Positions 11,930 through 24,900 of a stretch of 64,000 bases of DNA are shown here, piece after piece. The stretch lies in contig RHPI01003369.1 of NCBI GenBank assembly GCA_009103225.1, positions 851,490 through 915,489 on the forward strand, written 5' to 3'. How positions within the stretch are numbered: position 1 is the first letter of the stretch; every line of letters starts with the position of its first letter. The notes below the pieces were generated by a model. It searched no databases. It was not told the origin of the DNA and saw nothing but the letters and a program-made list of their open reading frames with translations. A program made the position numbers and the translations under genes. The DNA comes from Chlorokybus atmophyticus (taxonomy: Eukaryota; Plantae; Mesostigma and Chlorokybus algae).

Positions 11930-13815
11930 GCAGACTGCCATTGCGGGCCGCAATAAGCACAGATGCATGAAAAGTTCATAAAAGCCATAAAGTAAGCTTT
12001 AAGCAAGTCAACATAATATGTCATGTATATAAGCCATATCCATATGAATGATATACTATTTGCGCACCACATGTATTGAGCTTGTACTACCAATGGCACC
12101 GCATTGTTTGGCATATAACACTCTTCTTTTCAATAACATGCATGCAGCAAAGTATTTATTCGTTTTGATTGAATCATAAAGACCGAGTAGATAAACATTA
12201 TGGGGTCATCTTTTGGATGAAGTCAGATTGTCTTTGTGGAGTTGGCACAAAGTGCGGGCCACGTCGTGTGCTTGACACATAAGCAACATACGTTATGTCA
12301 ATTTTAGATATATTTTAATCATATATTGTATTGTATAGCATGCCGCTATTAATAACCACATGCAATTTGTACAATGCACACATGATGCATTAGCAGAACC
12401 ATTTAATCAAGCCACTTACATAAACGTTAGCTTACGAAAGAGAGGGTTGAGTTTAATCTTGACCTCAGGTGAACATGGTAATGAGACTCTACATTCATGT
12501 TTTCTTTAAGATGATGCAAAACAATTTATTGATGTATAATATAGCATCGTTGCATGCAATACTTACATGTTTTTTGCGCGCAACTTGTAGTCTCCACTTG
12601 AAGCGAATTGTTGCACATCAAGCAACATATCTATGTTTTCATAAGTGATACAAAAATAATTACTTTTAAGCAAGGCCGAAATGATTAACGTACTGTGTCG
12701 CAATTGCATGCGTATGGCCCACATCGTGTGTTGCATACAATAGATAGCATGCATACGACACCTGTTACTGGAGTTGTCGAGCACATATGAATATATTTTA
12801 AATTACTTTTGTTGAAATGCAGATCAAATTAAACTTCAGCTTGTTTGTAAAAGGGGGGCCGCTCTAGAAAGAGGAAGGAGGGGGGCTCCCAAAGGGGGGA
12901 TGGAGGTATTACATGCTGTTGAATGGTCGACAGCGAGTGTGCTAGCTCGGGCTGTGCTATACTGTGTAATGCATGCATAACTAAAATGCTAAAATACCAT
13001 TTTAACAAGGTGTGAACAGCTCCTTCATAAGAAGTTTAGCTTACATAACCTAGGTTTGTCATTTATTTGCTGCAATTATGTGGTGTAGGAAAAATCTGAG
13101 GAAAAACATATTGAAAGTATGAAATCGATTCAAAATGACATAAACACGCATGCGCGCTAACTATTGTACTACGAGTATGCTTATCAAAGTGAATGCGCAT
13201 CAACGGATAACATTGGCTATTTGGAGGTTACAAAGCACTCATGGACTGATTACCGGACACATTGAGCTCTTAAGAGGTTTAATGACCAGCTGCGTATTGG
13301 TATGTGAATTACAATTCCAACTCTAGGTACGACTATCACGATGATTTGACCGCTGCTCATGGTAGGCGTTCGAAGACTGCAGAGGTTTTTCAAGTTTTCC
13401 CTTTCGGACCAACCTTCTCGATGCAATTTTCCCGCTTCGAAACGGAAATCTCGTCGGGCTGCGGATTTGCGGCGGCTCGTTGCGCTCTGGTGACGACAGG
13501 CGCTAAATGCAGATGTTGAGCGCTCTTGCCCAATCGGATGCGCTCAAACCAAGCCTTGGCACGCTGAAGAAGCATGTTTGCTAAAGTGCGCACCCTGTGT
13601 CACCCAAGGGTTTTGGAGCCCTGATCAAACGTTGCGGCAGGCTTAGGTTTTTCTCCCTGCGCGGCACGGAAATCGGTCAGTCGCGAATGCGTCTCCGCCG
13701 AGTGGTTCTCGAAACATGCACCAGCCCAGCTGAGCCGTGCTGCTGTCGAGAATTGATGCCTTAATCCTTGACAACGCTGTTGTTGTACAGTGACGTTGTC
13801 ATAACAGTCCAACGT

Positions 13816-13887
13816 CGATAAGTGCATACAATCGGGAACGGGCATATGCCCGTGCAAATGCCCGTTCCCGATTGAATGCACTTATCG
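13816..13887. repeat. 30-bp inverted repeat (1 mismatch) with 12-nt loop
   Basis: CGATAAGTGCATACAATCGGGAACGGGCAT / ATGCCCGTTCCCGATTGAATGCACTTATCG. Confidence 0.9.
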
Positions 13888-14447
13888 CGGTTATGAGCAT
13901 TCGTAAAGAGCATCACTTATGCACCCGCTTTGAGTGCATATATTACATTATAGGCTTAGCATAAGTGCATATTCTATGCATTTATTGCATGACTCTAATC
14001 ATGAGTTACGTGGATACACTTATACTCGTTATCATATCACACATGAATCGTAATTTATTTATATTCAAAGTGTAACCTACCCTGACAAGTGCACAGACAC
14101 ACTAAAGGTGGGGCATCTTGTAAAATGCAAAAAAAAATAAAAATTGCATATGCTCTTAACGCACATGTGTTGGTTTTGAAGACGTCGAAAATAGCCAAAA
14201 GTATACATTAGGATAAGCAATTATCGAATGTGCACTTATCAAGGTTAGACTGTATTACGCGAGTGGAACATGTACGATGAGTCACACTCATGTGACACGG
14301 GTCACATGTGTACACGAGCCTGCTTGCTCCATCATTGTGTGAAAAGTTGCCACTTTGAGTGTTACTCACATAATTGTCATGTTAAAGGTTCATTATCATA
14401 CTTAATTGCTGGCAACAAACGTATATCGTATGTTGATCATACAGGTG

Positions 14448-14449
<2 letters not shown>

Positions 14450-14488
<39 letters not shown>
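14450..14488. repeat. (CT)n microsatellite
   Basis: Dinucleotide run. Confidence 0.97.
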
Positions 14489-14490
<2 letters not shown>

Positions 14491-15928
14491 GCAAGCACAC
14501 ATGTGCGTGTGTGCATATGTCTGTTATGCATGCGCATGTGCAAGTGCATGCCGTATTGCCACACACACAATTGGAATTGGGCATGGGGCCGTTGTTGTTC
14601 ATCTGCAATTTTCATCAACCAACTACAAAGACAGTTTCAACCTGTTTCAGCTGCATTTGCAACTTGCGAAAGCAACGGTTGCGCCTATACATCATGTTCC
14701 TAGATGCGGGTGACATAAGCCATGACGCACACGCGACAAATGAATTGACACTTCGTGCATTGTGAGCTCACACTGTCACCTCATATGCCCCCACGCACAT
14801 TGTAGGCGTTTGGCACACGCCTAAGTTTGAGCCCCNNNNNNNNNNNNNNNNNNNNNNNNNNNNNNNNNNCCCCCCCTTTCCATTATGGTTGTGGATCTGC
14901 ATGACAAGATCGGCCCCAATTGGCAGATAGCCATTGTTTTGGTAAGCACAAATAAGCACATGACAAACAAAAGAATGGATTGCAATGTTCATCACTATGC
15001 GACACGAGTGCCCTTAATGTTTAAGAATATTGCGCTGTTGAAAAGAAGATGTGTTGCACTTGAGAAGGAGAGAGAGAAGGGGCAGGAGACTACACAACAC
15101 TTTGCTTTTGCTGCGCTTCCCGCTTACATGCATATGCCCATCGAGACCCCCATCGTCGTGGCTGCGAACGCACACAAGCGCAACACCACCACTGCTAGGA
15201 TGGACACCCGCAATCACACACGCGCGTGACTTTACTGCGCGTGACTTTACTGCTGCCCAACTGCATGCATACTTGCGTTTCACATTACCCATATGCGGGA
15301 ACACACTTACACGCAGTTGGGCAGCAGCAACCGTTCCGTTTTTGTAATATATCCCTTGAAGATGTGCCTGTCCCACTGCAAGGGGGTAAGCGGAATGCAT
15401 GCAAACTTGGGTTTGAGCATTGCGTGATGGCATCAACAATGTCTGTGCAAAATGTTGGTGAACCTACTGTTGCTTCCCCTACAGGCATATTGGTACTACT
15501 ATAGTGAAACATGCGCCAAACTCATGGACTTTAGTGCTTGAAGTAACAAATTGTATGCAAGGCAAGATGCTGCCCACATGCATATCAGATAGTTGTGGAG
15601 AAGCAACACGACTGCAGTCAATCGGCACACCAGCAGATAGCACCAGTGACAGCAACACAGTTACAATTTGCCATTGAGGAGGATCCACAGTTGCATAGCG
15701 ATCCCCAGAGCAGGGAATGGACCCTAACAGAGCCTGAATGCAGGCTTATGCACATTAGTAAAAATGAATACTACTACAACTGGATGGCTGGCATGTCGAA
15801 AGGGCGTCGAAGTGTGCTCGCCAACCATGCGCGTGCACTCTCAGCAGACGTGTCTTTTCCACCGCCATCAAGCTAAAACGCTAAGCGTGGGAGAGAGAAA
15901 GAGCATCTCGTGTTATTGCATTGCGCCT

Positions 15929-18900
15929 TTATAACGACGAGGATGAGGTGCTGCTGGCGCGACTCTGGCCTCCAATGAAGTAAGCCTGCGTGTCGCTGTG
16001 GAAGGTGCCATGGCCGTGGCCTCCAAACACAACGAAGAAGGGAGCCACGCCATCCAGGACGACCACGCCGCCGTTGGCGTCATACCTACCAAGGCCGGTC
16101 TCGCTGTAGAGAGGCTGCCACCGCATGGCGGCCACATCAAACCTCCACACGTCGTCCAGGGCTGTGCGCATGCGCCTCCCGCCCGCGCCGCCAACAACGT
16201 ACATGGACCCGCCGAAGGCGCTCGCCGTGTGGGCGAAGCGTGCCTCAGGGATGGTTGTCGGGAAGAGGATGGAGTCGGCGGGCATGGTGGCTGTACCGTT
16301 GATGGTATTGGATGTGAAGTTCAAGGTGCGGGGACCCAACAGGGTCCATGCCAAGGACGTGAAGTTGTACTGCCACAGGTCGGACATGAGCCCACCGGTC
16401 TGGCTGTACCCACCGTACACGTACATGCTGTCCTGGATGACAACGGCGGAGTGCCCGAAGCGCGCGGGCAGGCCCTCAACCTCGGAAGCCAACAACTCCC
16501 ACTCGCTGCTGGCGAAGGAGAACTTCCAGAAGTCGCCCAGCGGCTGTGGTGAGCGCCCGCCAAACACGTACATCTCGCCATCATATGCCACAGCGCTATG
16601 GTCGTGCCTTCCAGCCGGCGTGGTGTTGGTTGCCGCAGCAACAAACGTCCAATCCTGCAATAAAGCAAATCCACTTGTCAGTTCCACGCTCAACAGTTGG
16701 ACTCGCTGGCAAGCGTTGTCTGAGTTTTGTTCCAATGGCTTACCTCAGCAGTGGTGGAGTACTTCCACACGTCGCTGTACTGGAAGGCGCTGCGCTCTCC
16801 ACCGAAGATGTACACGTCAGTGCCGTTGACAACCGCAGTGTGGCCCTTGCGGGCGGGGGGCGTGTGGGTTGTCTCTACAAGAGCCCACTCTGCGACAGAG
16901 GGTTCAAAGAGAACAGCCTCTGTGGCGCTGAGATCAACAGACGCGTTGACACTGGGGAGGTACTTTGTGACGATGATAGCGTCCCAGTAAGCGTTGCCCT
17001 CCACGTTGTCAGCGAACATGCCGCCGCGGATGAAGACATTGTCCCCGAGGGTGCTGGGCTGGTTGCTGAGGGTCTTTGCTGGCGCGCCGTCGACGTACAT
17101 GGTGAGGGACGTGTCGTTGCTGTAGAAAGCGAGGCCGTGCCAGCCGGGTGAGCGTGGGACAGCTGCTGACCTCCACGGATACGAGGTGGCAAACATGTCC
17201 TCCGAGGCGCTGGTGTACAGCCCCAACGCATTGTTCAATGGCAAACGCGACTTGCGGTTCTCCACGTTGCAGGTCGCCTGGCCTGGTGTGTCGGGACTGA
17301 TGTAGTGAGTGCTGTCCGAGCAGCTGCCGTCAAACAGGTACGCCTTGAACCGATACGAAGGCATCGAGTCCAAGGCAGTGGTGATGTCCAGCTGGATGGA
17401 CCCGCCGGGGCCGGTTTGCGTGTCCACGCGAAGTGCACGAGAGCCCTGAAGCGCCACCTCACCGGAGGTAGTGAACGAGTCCATGCTGCTAACACTGATG
17501 AAGCCCGGAGAGCATGACGAGTCGTCCCTGAGGCTCCATCCGTGCTCGAAGATGCTGGCGTTGTACTCGAACCCTTCAAAGAGCTCGAAGATGGCATCGG
17601 TGGAGGTCGACGTGGACGTCTGCGAGCCGTAGTACATGAAGAAGTCGTCCGAGGACATGACCTCCACCCAGAAGAGCGTGTCGGGAGCTCCGCAGCCGGG
17701 CAGAGGGTCAACCCAGTACTGCAGCATGGTGCCGTCGGAGGTGACGAAGCGGATGTCCCCGCAGTCGCCCCGGAGGCTGCCCTCAGCCATGAGTGCAGCC
17801 GTGTCAACCACAACCTCAAGGATATACGCCGCCACATCGATGGCGCCGGACACCGTCACGGGCGCACGGAAAGCAAAGTAGTCCTCCCAGCTCACGCTGC
17901 CCAAGTTGAGCTTCCACGTCTCGCCAAGGTAGGACTTGTCCTTGCCCGCGCCGCCAAACACAATCACCTCAGAACCGACCACAGCAGCGGAGTGCTCGAA
18001 GCGCTCTGCTGGCAAGGTGGTGCTGTCGACCTCCCTCGGGACCCACTCGGACACGGTGAACACAAGGCTGTCGATCAGCTCGCAGTGCATGCGGTCCATG
18101 TCCTCGCAGAGCTTTGCATCAACAGAGAACACGCCCGACTGGGGGAACATCAGGAACATCTCAGCGGTGCTGCTCTCAGCGCCAACCGCGGCAGCTCCAT
18201 AGACGCTGTCGCCGCCGCTGACCTCGAGCACAAGGCGGTCCAGGACCTCGGTGTCGACGGGGACGGGATTGAAGTTGGCATCCAGCACCCGGATAATCAG
18301 AGATGTGGACACGCCGGCCTGGATGTTCCTGTCATGGCTGCCGAGCACAGCACTGGTCTGCGCTGCAGCCGCACCAGGAAGGATGGTCACGTTGTATGAG
18401 AAAGCAGCCTTGGAGCCAACAAGGATGTCCAGTACAGCGGGCCCAGCCTGTGTGGGAATGACAGTCATGTTGTACTTGTCAAGTCCTGTCCAGGTGTGGA
18501 CGCCAGCGACAGTGCTGCCCTGCAGCCAAGTGGGCATGCACGTTTGCTGGTCATCAGCCTGGGTGACAAGGTACTCGGGGTATGTAATGGTGACGGCATA
18601 TGGCTGTGAGCCATCAACCTCCTTGAAACCGCAGCTGTCAATGCCAGTCATGGCAAACACGACTGGCTCGCCAGAGATGGCCTTCTTGATGCTCCAAGTC
18701 TTGCAGCGGCCATCAGCACATCGCGGCTTCGGTCCGGCCTTCGGCACTCCAATGATGGTGGGCGCCATCTCTGAGGTCCAAGTGCTCATGCTGGGTGAGC
18801 TGCAGATGACGCTGATGGCGAGGCTCTTTGTGACACGGTCGCACGGGTTGCCAAAGAAGTCATCATTCGAAGCCATGACAGTGCATGAGCTCTCGCCGAG

Positions 18901-21900
18901 ACAGGCCGCGCTCACAACAGACATGGAATTGTTGCTGCTGCAGTCGTCCACAAAGTATGCACCGCCCACACCCAGGTTGGTGCCATAGTTGGCGAACACA
19001 ACATCAGAGATGAGGGTGCCGACTGGGCAGGTGATGTGCGCCCTGTGTCCCTGGTCCACCTCCGTGAACTCCACGCCGATCATGCCGTGGTTGGCTGACA
19101 TGCTTGAGTCCCGTGCATTGTACCCGGTGGCCTCGTTGAAGCGATAGAATGCCACCAGAGACTTGTCTTGCCTCGCAAGGGTCGCTTGGTCGCACGTGCA
19201 CGCAGCAGCGTAGTCGATCTGAGAGGTGGACAACACCCTGTTGAACAGTTTGACCTCATCAATGTAACCGTCAAAGTCCTTGCCGACACGGAGAGGCTGG
19301 TTGTTGCGCTTCTGCAGCAGGACCTCCTGGTAGTCGTATGTTGCGTTGGCCACGTTCTCGCCGTTCACGAAGAGCTGCAGCTGGGTGCCGTTGTACGTAG
19401 CAGCCAAATGCAGCCAGCTGCTGTACTCGACGTCAATGACGTGGTCCATGACGCGGAAGGTCTCCGAGCCCACGTAGATGCCGACTGTCACGTTGTAGCC
19501 GCCCAAGTGATCAATACGCTGCATGCCGAACCAGTAGCCCTTGTTGCTGTGCTCGGACTGCTTGGACAGGATATACTCGTATGGCGTGATCAAATCATCA
19601 GCCTGCAGCAGCCTCCTCCTGCCGCCCTGGTCGGGGGGTGGAGGTGAGGGGTGTGGGGGAGGTGGAGGCGGGGGTGGGGGAGGTGGTGACGGGCGAGGGG
19701 GAGGGGGAGGTGAAGGTGGCGGCGGGCTTGGGGGAGGTGGCCTGGGTGAGGGCGGCGGGGGACTTGGCGGCGGCGGAGGTGGTGGTGGCGGAGGTGGGGA
19801 AGGAGGGGGAGGGCTTGGCGGGGGTGGGGACGGGGATGGGGGTGGTGGGGATGGAGGCGGCGGCGAGGGCACTGAGGGCGGGTGCTTCCACACCCACGCC
19901 ATCATGGTGAAGGGCGACTCGAGGTCCAGAAGGTCTGAGTCAGGGTACGTTGCATATGTGCTGCCAAAGGTGGTACTGAGAGCACTACCGTCAAGCACCT
20001 CCAGTGGGAACATGCAGTTCTCGCCCGCCGGGCTCATAGATAGCGTGCACGCGCTGCGTGCTGCCTTGGTACCTCCACAGCAGGCCATGCCGCCGTACTG
20101 CAACATGGAATACTTGCTCAGATACACGGCAAAGGACAACAATCGCTTGCACACTTTCCAACAAAATATACCTGGCAGATAGGCTGTCCGCAGAGCGTCA
20201 CATTCATCATGTAGTGGCCCTTGACCTTGGGCAGGTACGTGATTGTGTACGTGCCGTCATAGTTGTCCATTACATCAGCATTGAGGTCGTAGGGTCCGGA
20301 GATTGACACTGCCCATGCGCTGTCCCCGCCCATTGTGCGAAGGTTGCCATATGCATCCACAGTCTGCATATGCACAGTTTCACATAAGCACAAGTGCATA
20401 CCACAACACAATCATTTAATAGCGTACCTGCGCCATGAAGGTTGCAGGAACACCAGCTTGAGCGCTTTCAATGACATTGAGGCCGTAAGTATTGTTGCTT
20501 GCCAAGTACAGGTAACTCTGGGACGGATCGGCAACACTCGGATGCACATAGGTCTTATCAGCGTAAACTGTCTGTCCATCGAGCTCCACCTGATATAGCA
20601 CTTGATTAGCATCAACTTGACAATGCCAAATTGCTGTTAAAGGCCACCCACAAGTCCATACCTGAATGTAATAGTAGCCGCTGATGGTGGCGCTGAACAT
20701 GACTGAGTATGTGCCATCATTGAGGTCCTCGATCTCAAGCTCCACTGAGTTGGAGTGCAAGTGAAGAGGGCCAATCAGGGACGCCGTGTACATGTCGCCA
20801 CCAACCTTCCTCCTGTTGCCACAAGCATCCCGCGACGTGACCGTAAACACGCCACACTCCCCAGCCACAACTTCAGTGAGAGCTGTGCCAGCCACATCGC
20901 TGATTGAAGCATCTGAGAGAGAAAGCAGCTTGTCAGCAAATCTAATGCAGACGCGTGTACTGAACAGAACTTATGACTAACGAACTACTTAGTCTTGTTC
21001 TAAGTTACCTGTGAGGGAATGCATGTCACTGTTTTCAGTCCAGCTGCTGCAGCCAACGGTGGTGTTGACCCAGAACTCAAAGGCAGCAGGCTTGGGGCTC
21101 ACATGCAGGTCACCCGCAGCAGCAAAGATACCAGCATTGCTGGAGTCCTGGACAACGGTGCCCAGACCTTCATCAAGTTTCAGCCACAGAGTCATGTTGC
21201 TCTCGGGGGCCTTGGGCACGCAGTTCATGCCAGCTACAATGCTGTCAATGTCAGTCATGGCAACGTTGTACATCTTGACGGAGTGGATGAGGCCATTGAA
21301 GACGCGCTCGTACTGCTCGGTGTAGTACAAGCCAGTTAAGCCGCCGGCCATGTTCTCACGGCCTAGCATGAAGTCTTGGCTGCTGCCCGTGTAGTAGGCG
21401 ACTGAGTCATAGTTGGTCCAGTCCTTGAGGATGCCATCCACATAGATGGCCCAAGAGGACCCGTCATACACGGCAGTAATGTACTGCCACATGTTGGGGA
21501 CGACAGCAGCCTTCCAGCTCGAGAGCGTTCTGTATGCTTCGCACTTGATGTTGGTGTCGCGGCCGCACGAGCAGCCGGTGTAGAGAGCAACGGACACGCC
21601 ACCCTTCTCAATGCTAAAGCCAAAGCCGGTGTAGCCGTTATCCAGAGTCTGGCCGATGATGGTCTGGTAGCCATCAACGGTATATGGGTAGACCCACGCA
21701 GACACCGTGAAAGGCCCGGCACCCGAGCGAAGGTTGTGTGTGGGCACCGTTTCATTGGCGATGGAGCCTGAGACCGTCGACCAGCGCAGCTGGTATGAGG
21801 CAATGTCCGACTTGTCCGTGTAAGCAAACCAGATGGAGTACCAGCGAGGGCCAGTCAGCTCAATGCTGCCAGACAGCACGCGAGCATCCACCTCACGGGC

Positions 21901-24900
21901 GGTGTCGTTGACCAGCAGCACATCATCGACCTTGAGCGCAACAGCATCATCGGCACGCACGGAGAAGTTGTACGTATCAGTGGTGGCTGCGAACACCCAG
22001 CCGGTGATCTCCACCGACCAGTCGTCGAGGACGCTGATGCCAGCTGGCGCCGCGAGTCCCCACTCGGCATTGATGTTGGAGATGAGCTCGGTGACCTGCT
22101 CGTTGCCGGCGGTGTATACGGCAACGAGTCCGCTGCTTCCTTGAGGGGTTAGGCCGCTTGGTGCAATGGACACATACTGGCCGGCACCAAACTCGAGAGC
22201 GTAGTCCTCAGTGTAGTACAGCTTGGCGATCTCAGCGCCGCTAAGGATGCGGTTGTAGATGCGCACCTCATCAACAGCGCCGTGCAGCGTACGGCCGATG
22301 ACAGATGTGGTTAAGATCTCCAGGGCAGGGGCCGCGTACGCAGAGCTGTTGCTGATCTGGTGACCATTGAGGTACACGCGCGTCTCTGCCGCATCAACGG
22401 TGACGGCAATGAACTGCCAGGCCCCGTTAATGGTGGCGTTGCCGGCCTGGCAAGCGCTCTCCTCGTAGCCGCTGCATGTGTCATAGGACGGGAAGACCAT
22501 GTCGTCGAAGTACACCCACATGCTGACTGTGGCTGCGCCGTCACATGTGGTGATGTACACGCCTGCCGCTACGTCATCGAGGAACATGTAAGCACTGTTG
22601 CTGCGTCCATCTTTGTCTGCACATTCCAACATTGCAGGTGAGAAATTCACAACATTTTGATGCCATGACGAAAGGCCCACATTGGTGCCGACAAAGTGTG
22701 CTGCTACATACCTGCTGTAAGGACTGCTTCAACAGCCATGCCATGGTTGCCGTTGCCGCTAGCATCCTTGGCATCGCCATTGAAGGGATAGTAAGCGCAA
22801 AGGCCGTGCACTAGGTCCTCTAGGATGACTTCACGCTCGTACGTGAGGGAGTTGACGGGGGCGCCGCAGATGGCCGAGTTGATGACAGTCAGGTCATCGG
22901 GTGTTGTGCTGGCGGGCAACGTGACCGTCATCTCCTCATTGGAGTTCCATGTGGACGCCAGCACCTCACCATTGAGCATAACCGACGCGGTATCAGCAAA
23001 GTTGATGCCCGTGATGGTGACCTCGGTGCCATTCTTGACTGCGCCAGAGGTCTGCATGTACACGTCTGAGGCGGCGGACGTGTCGTGAATGCTGATTGGC
23101 ACCGCGGGGAACCACGGCACGCCGGCCCACGTGCCGGCAGTGTGTGCGGACTTGTCAAGTCCCGTGCCCTTGAAGCTCAGGGTGGTGTTGTCCCAGTTGG
23201 AAGACTCCGATTGAGCAAGCACGCCACCGCCCGACACAATCCCGGACTCGATGTCGATGCTGTTGAACTGCAGGTAGCCAACGGGCTCGGCGCTGGCCGC
23301 GTCGCCTCCACACATGAACGACATCACCTCCTCCGCCGTGAGAGCATAATCGTAAACACGGACCTGCACATCCCAACAACAACCTTGTGTCAGGTACGTG
23401 CAACATAGAAGTTGTCGCAGAAGTAGGTATATATAAGATGGAAGATTGAGTCCTTACCTCATCGATAAGGCCTGAGAAGTACTCAGATGGGTAGTGGTCG
23501 TCATCAAGGGTCATGCCAACATACAGAGTGCCGTTGACAGACGTGTCCGGCCGGGAGACTGTTGCAAACGTTGAGGCGGCCATTCCATTGATGTACAGAG
23601 TGCCTTCATTGGTTTCATTGACTGTGTGACACAAGTTGGTGTCAGCTAGATCACGACCAGCATGCACGTGAATATACCACCCAACATGGCATGCACATTA
23701 CCTGTTACGAAGACATGATGCCACTGGCCAGTGGCAACATATCTGTCGCTTCCATCAGGGTACTTCATGCCAACATCATGAATATGGTCGTCGTAGTAGT
23801 AGAACACGCCAAATGGAGAATTGGAGTCACCCTTCCATTGCAGCACGGCACGATTGCGGTTGTCGCCCAGGCTGCCGAATGCAATGACAGATTGCAGTTC
23901 GCTGTTCTCATAGGGATACGCCCACGCGCCGAAAGAGTACGCTGGTGAGGTCAGCGCGGGAAGCACGCTCTTGAAGTCCACAAAGTCCATTGTCGTCCAC
24001 CTGTCCGTGCACTCAATTGCGACAGAAAGCCACTTCTTGTCGTGCGGGCACGCGTCGCCAAACCAAGACACCACTGCAGGAATGCTGCAGGTGCTCTGGC
24101 CAATGCACAGCTCCACCACGACCTCGTGCACAGTGCTGCTGTTGCTGTCGCAGAGGTTGTTGGTGGTGAAAGTGGTAAAGTCGCACAGTATGTCGGTGGT
24201 TGAGCTGTCGCAGTTGGTGTGCACGTCGTTGTTGCACTTGTTTGCGGGCCTTCCAAAGCTGGCAAATTGCAGGTTCTCCATGCGCAGGCCTGTGGGGCAG
24301 GTCAGCGTGAGAGTGTCGTTCTCATCAGCATAGCCACCAATCAACTCTGCAGGAGTCGTGGTGCGATCGCCCTGGAACTCCAACACCTTCTCTGAGTATG
24401 AGAGCGACGCGAACGCATCCGTGGACTTTGGGTTCACCACTTGCAGGACCATCTGGCCAGGTGCATCTGCAGGAGCAGACTCGCACTCGGCGCTCAGACC
24501 ATCATAGTGCACAAGGCTAAACATAAACAAGTTGTCGGTGCTCTCCGCAACAGGCAGAGTTGCAGCTGTGTGCTTCACGGCCGTGACAATTGTGGTTGTG
24601 TTGCTGCTTGGCAGGGTGTTGACGAATGAATGCGCACACTTCAACCACTGACTCTTTGCCAAGTTGAAGCCTTTAACCAGCATGGTGTCGCCACCATCCA
24701 GCTGCATGGTCTCAGCTTCGCTCAGGGTAAACCTTGATGAAGCCTCCCATGGAGCGGTCACGTACATGTAGCCCGGCTCGTTGTTGATGACAAACTGAGC
24801 GGTACCCTGCTCGCGCTCGCCCTTGTTACCTGTGGGGAAGCTGTCCAGCACGCCAAGCGCATCCTCAGTGGGCGTGAACGTGTACAGCTGCTGGCTGTCA

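Noticed and set aside
10877-12114. ORFs of 334, 258 and 167 aa with poly-V, poly-T or poly-L
   Set aside because: Alternative frames of the CAA/CAG tract of the Sel1-like gene
13300-15512. Short ORFs in the spacer as transposase or gene remnants
   Set aside because: No DDE, Rep/Helicase or other motif seen
16160-16200. GGRR in Kelch blade 5 (GAGGRRMR) as a fifth processing site
   Set aside because: Lacks the Pro rod, the D/E-Q/A and the LL; it overlaps the Kelch GG motif
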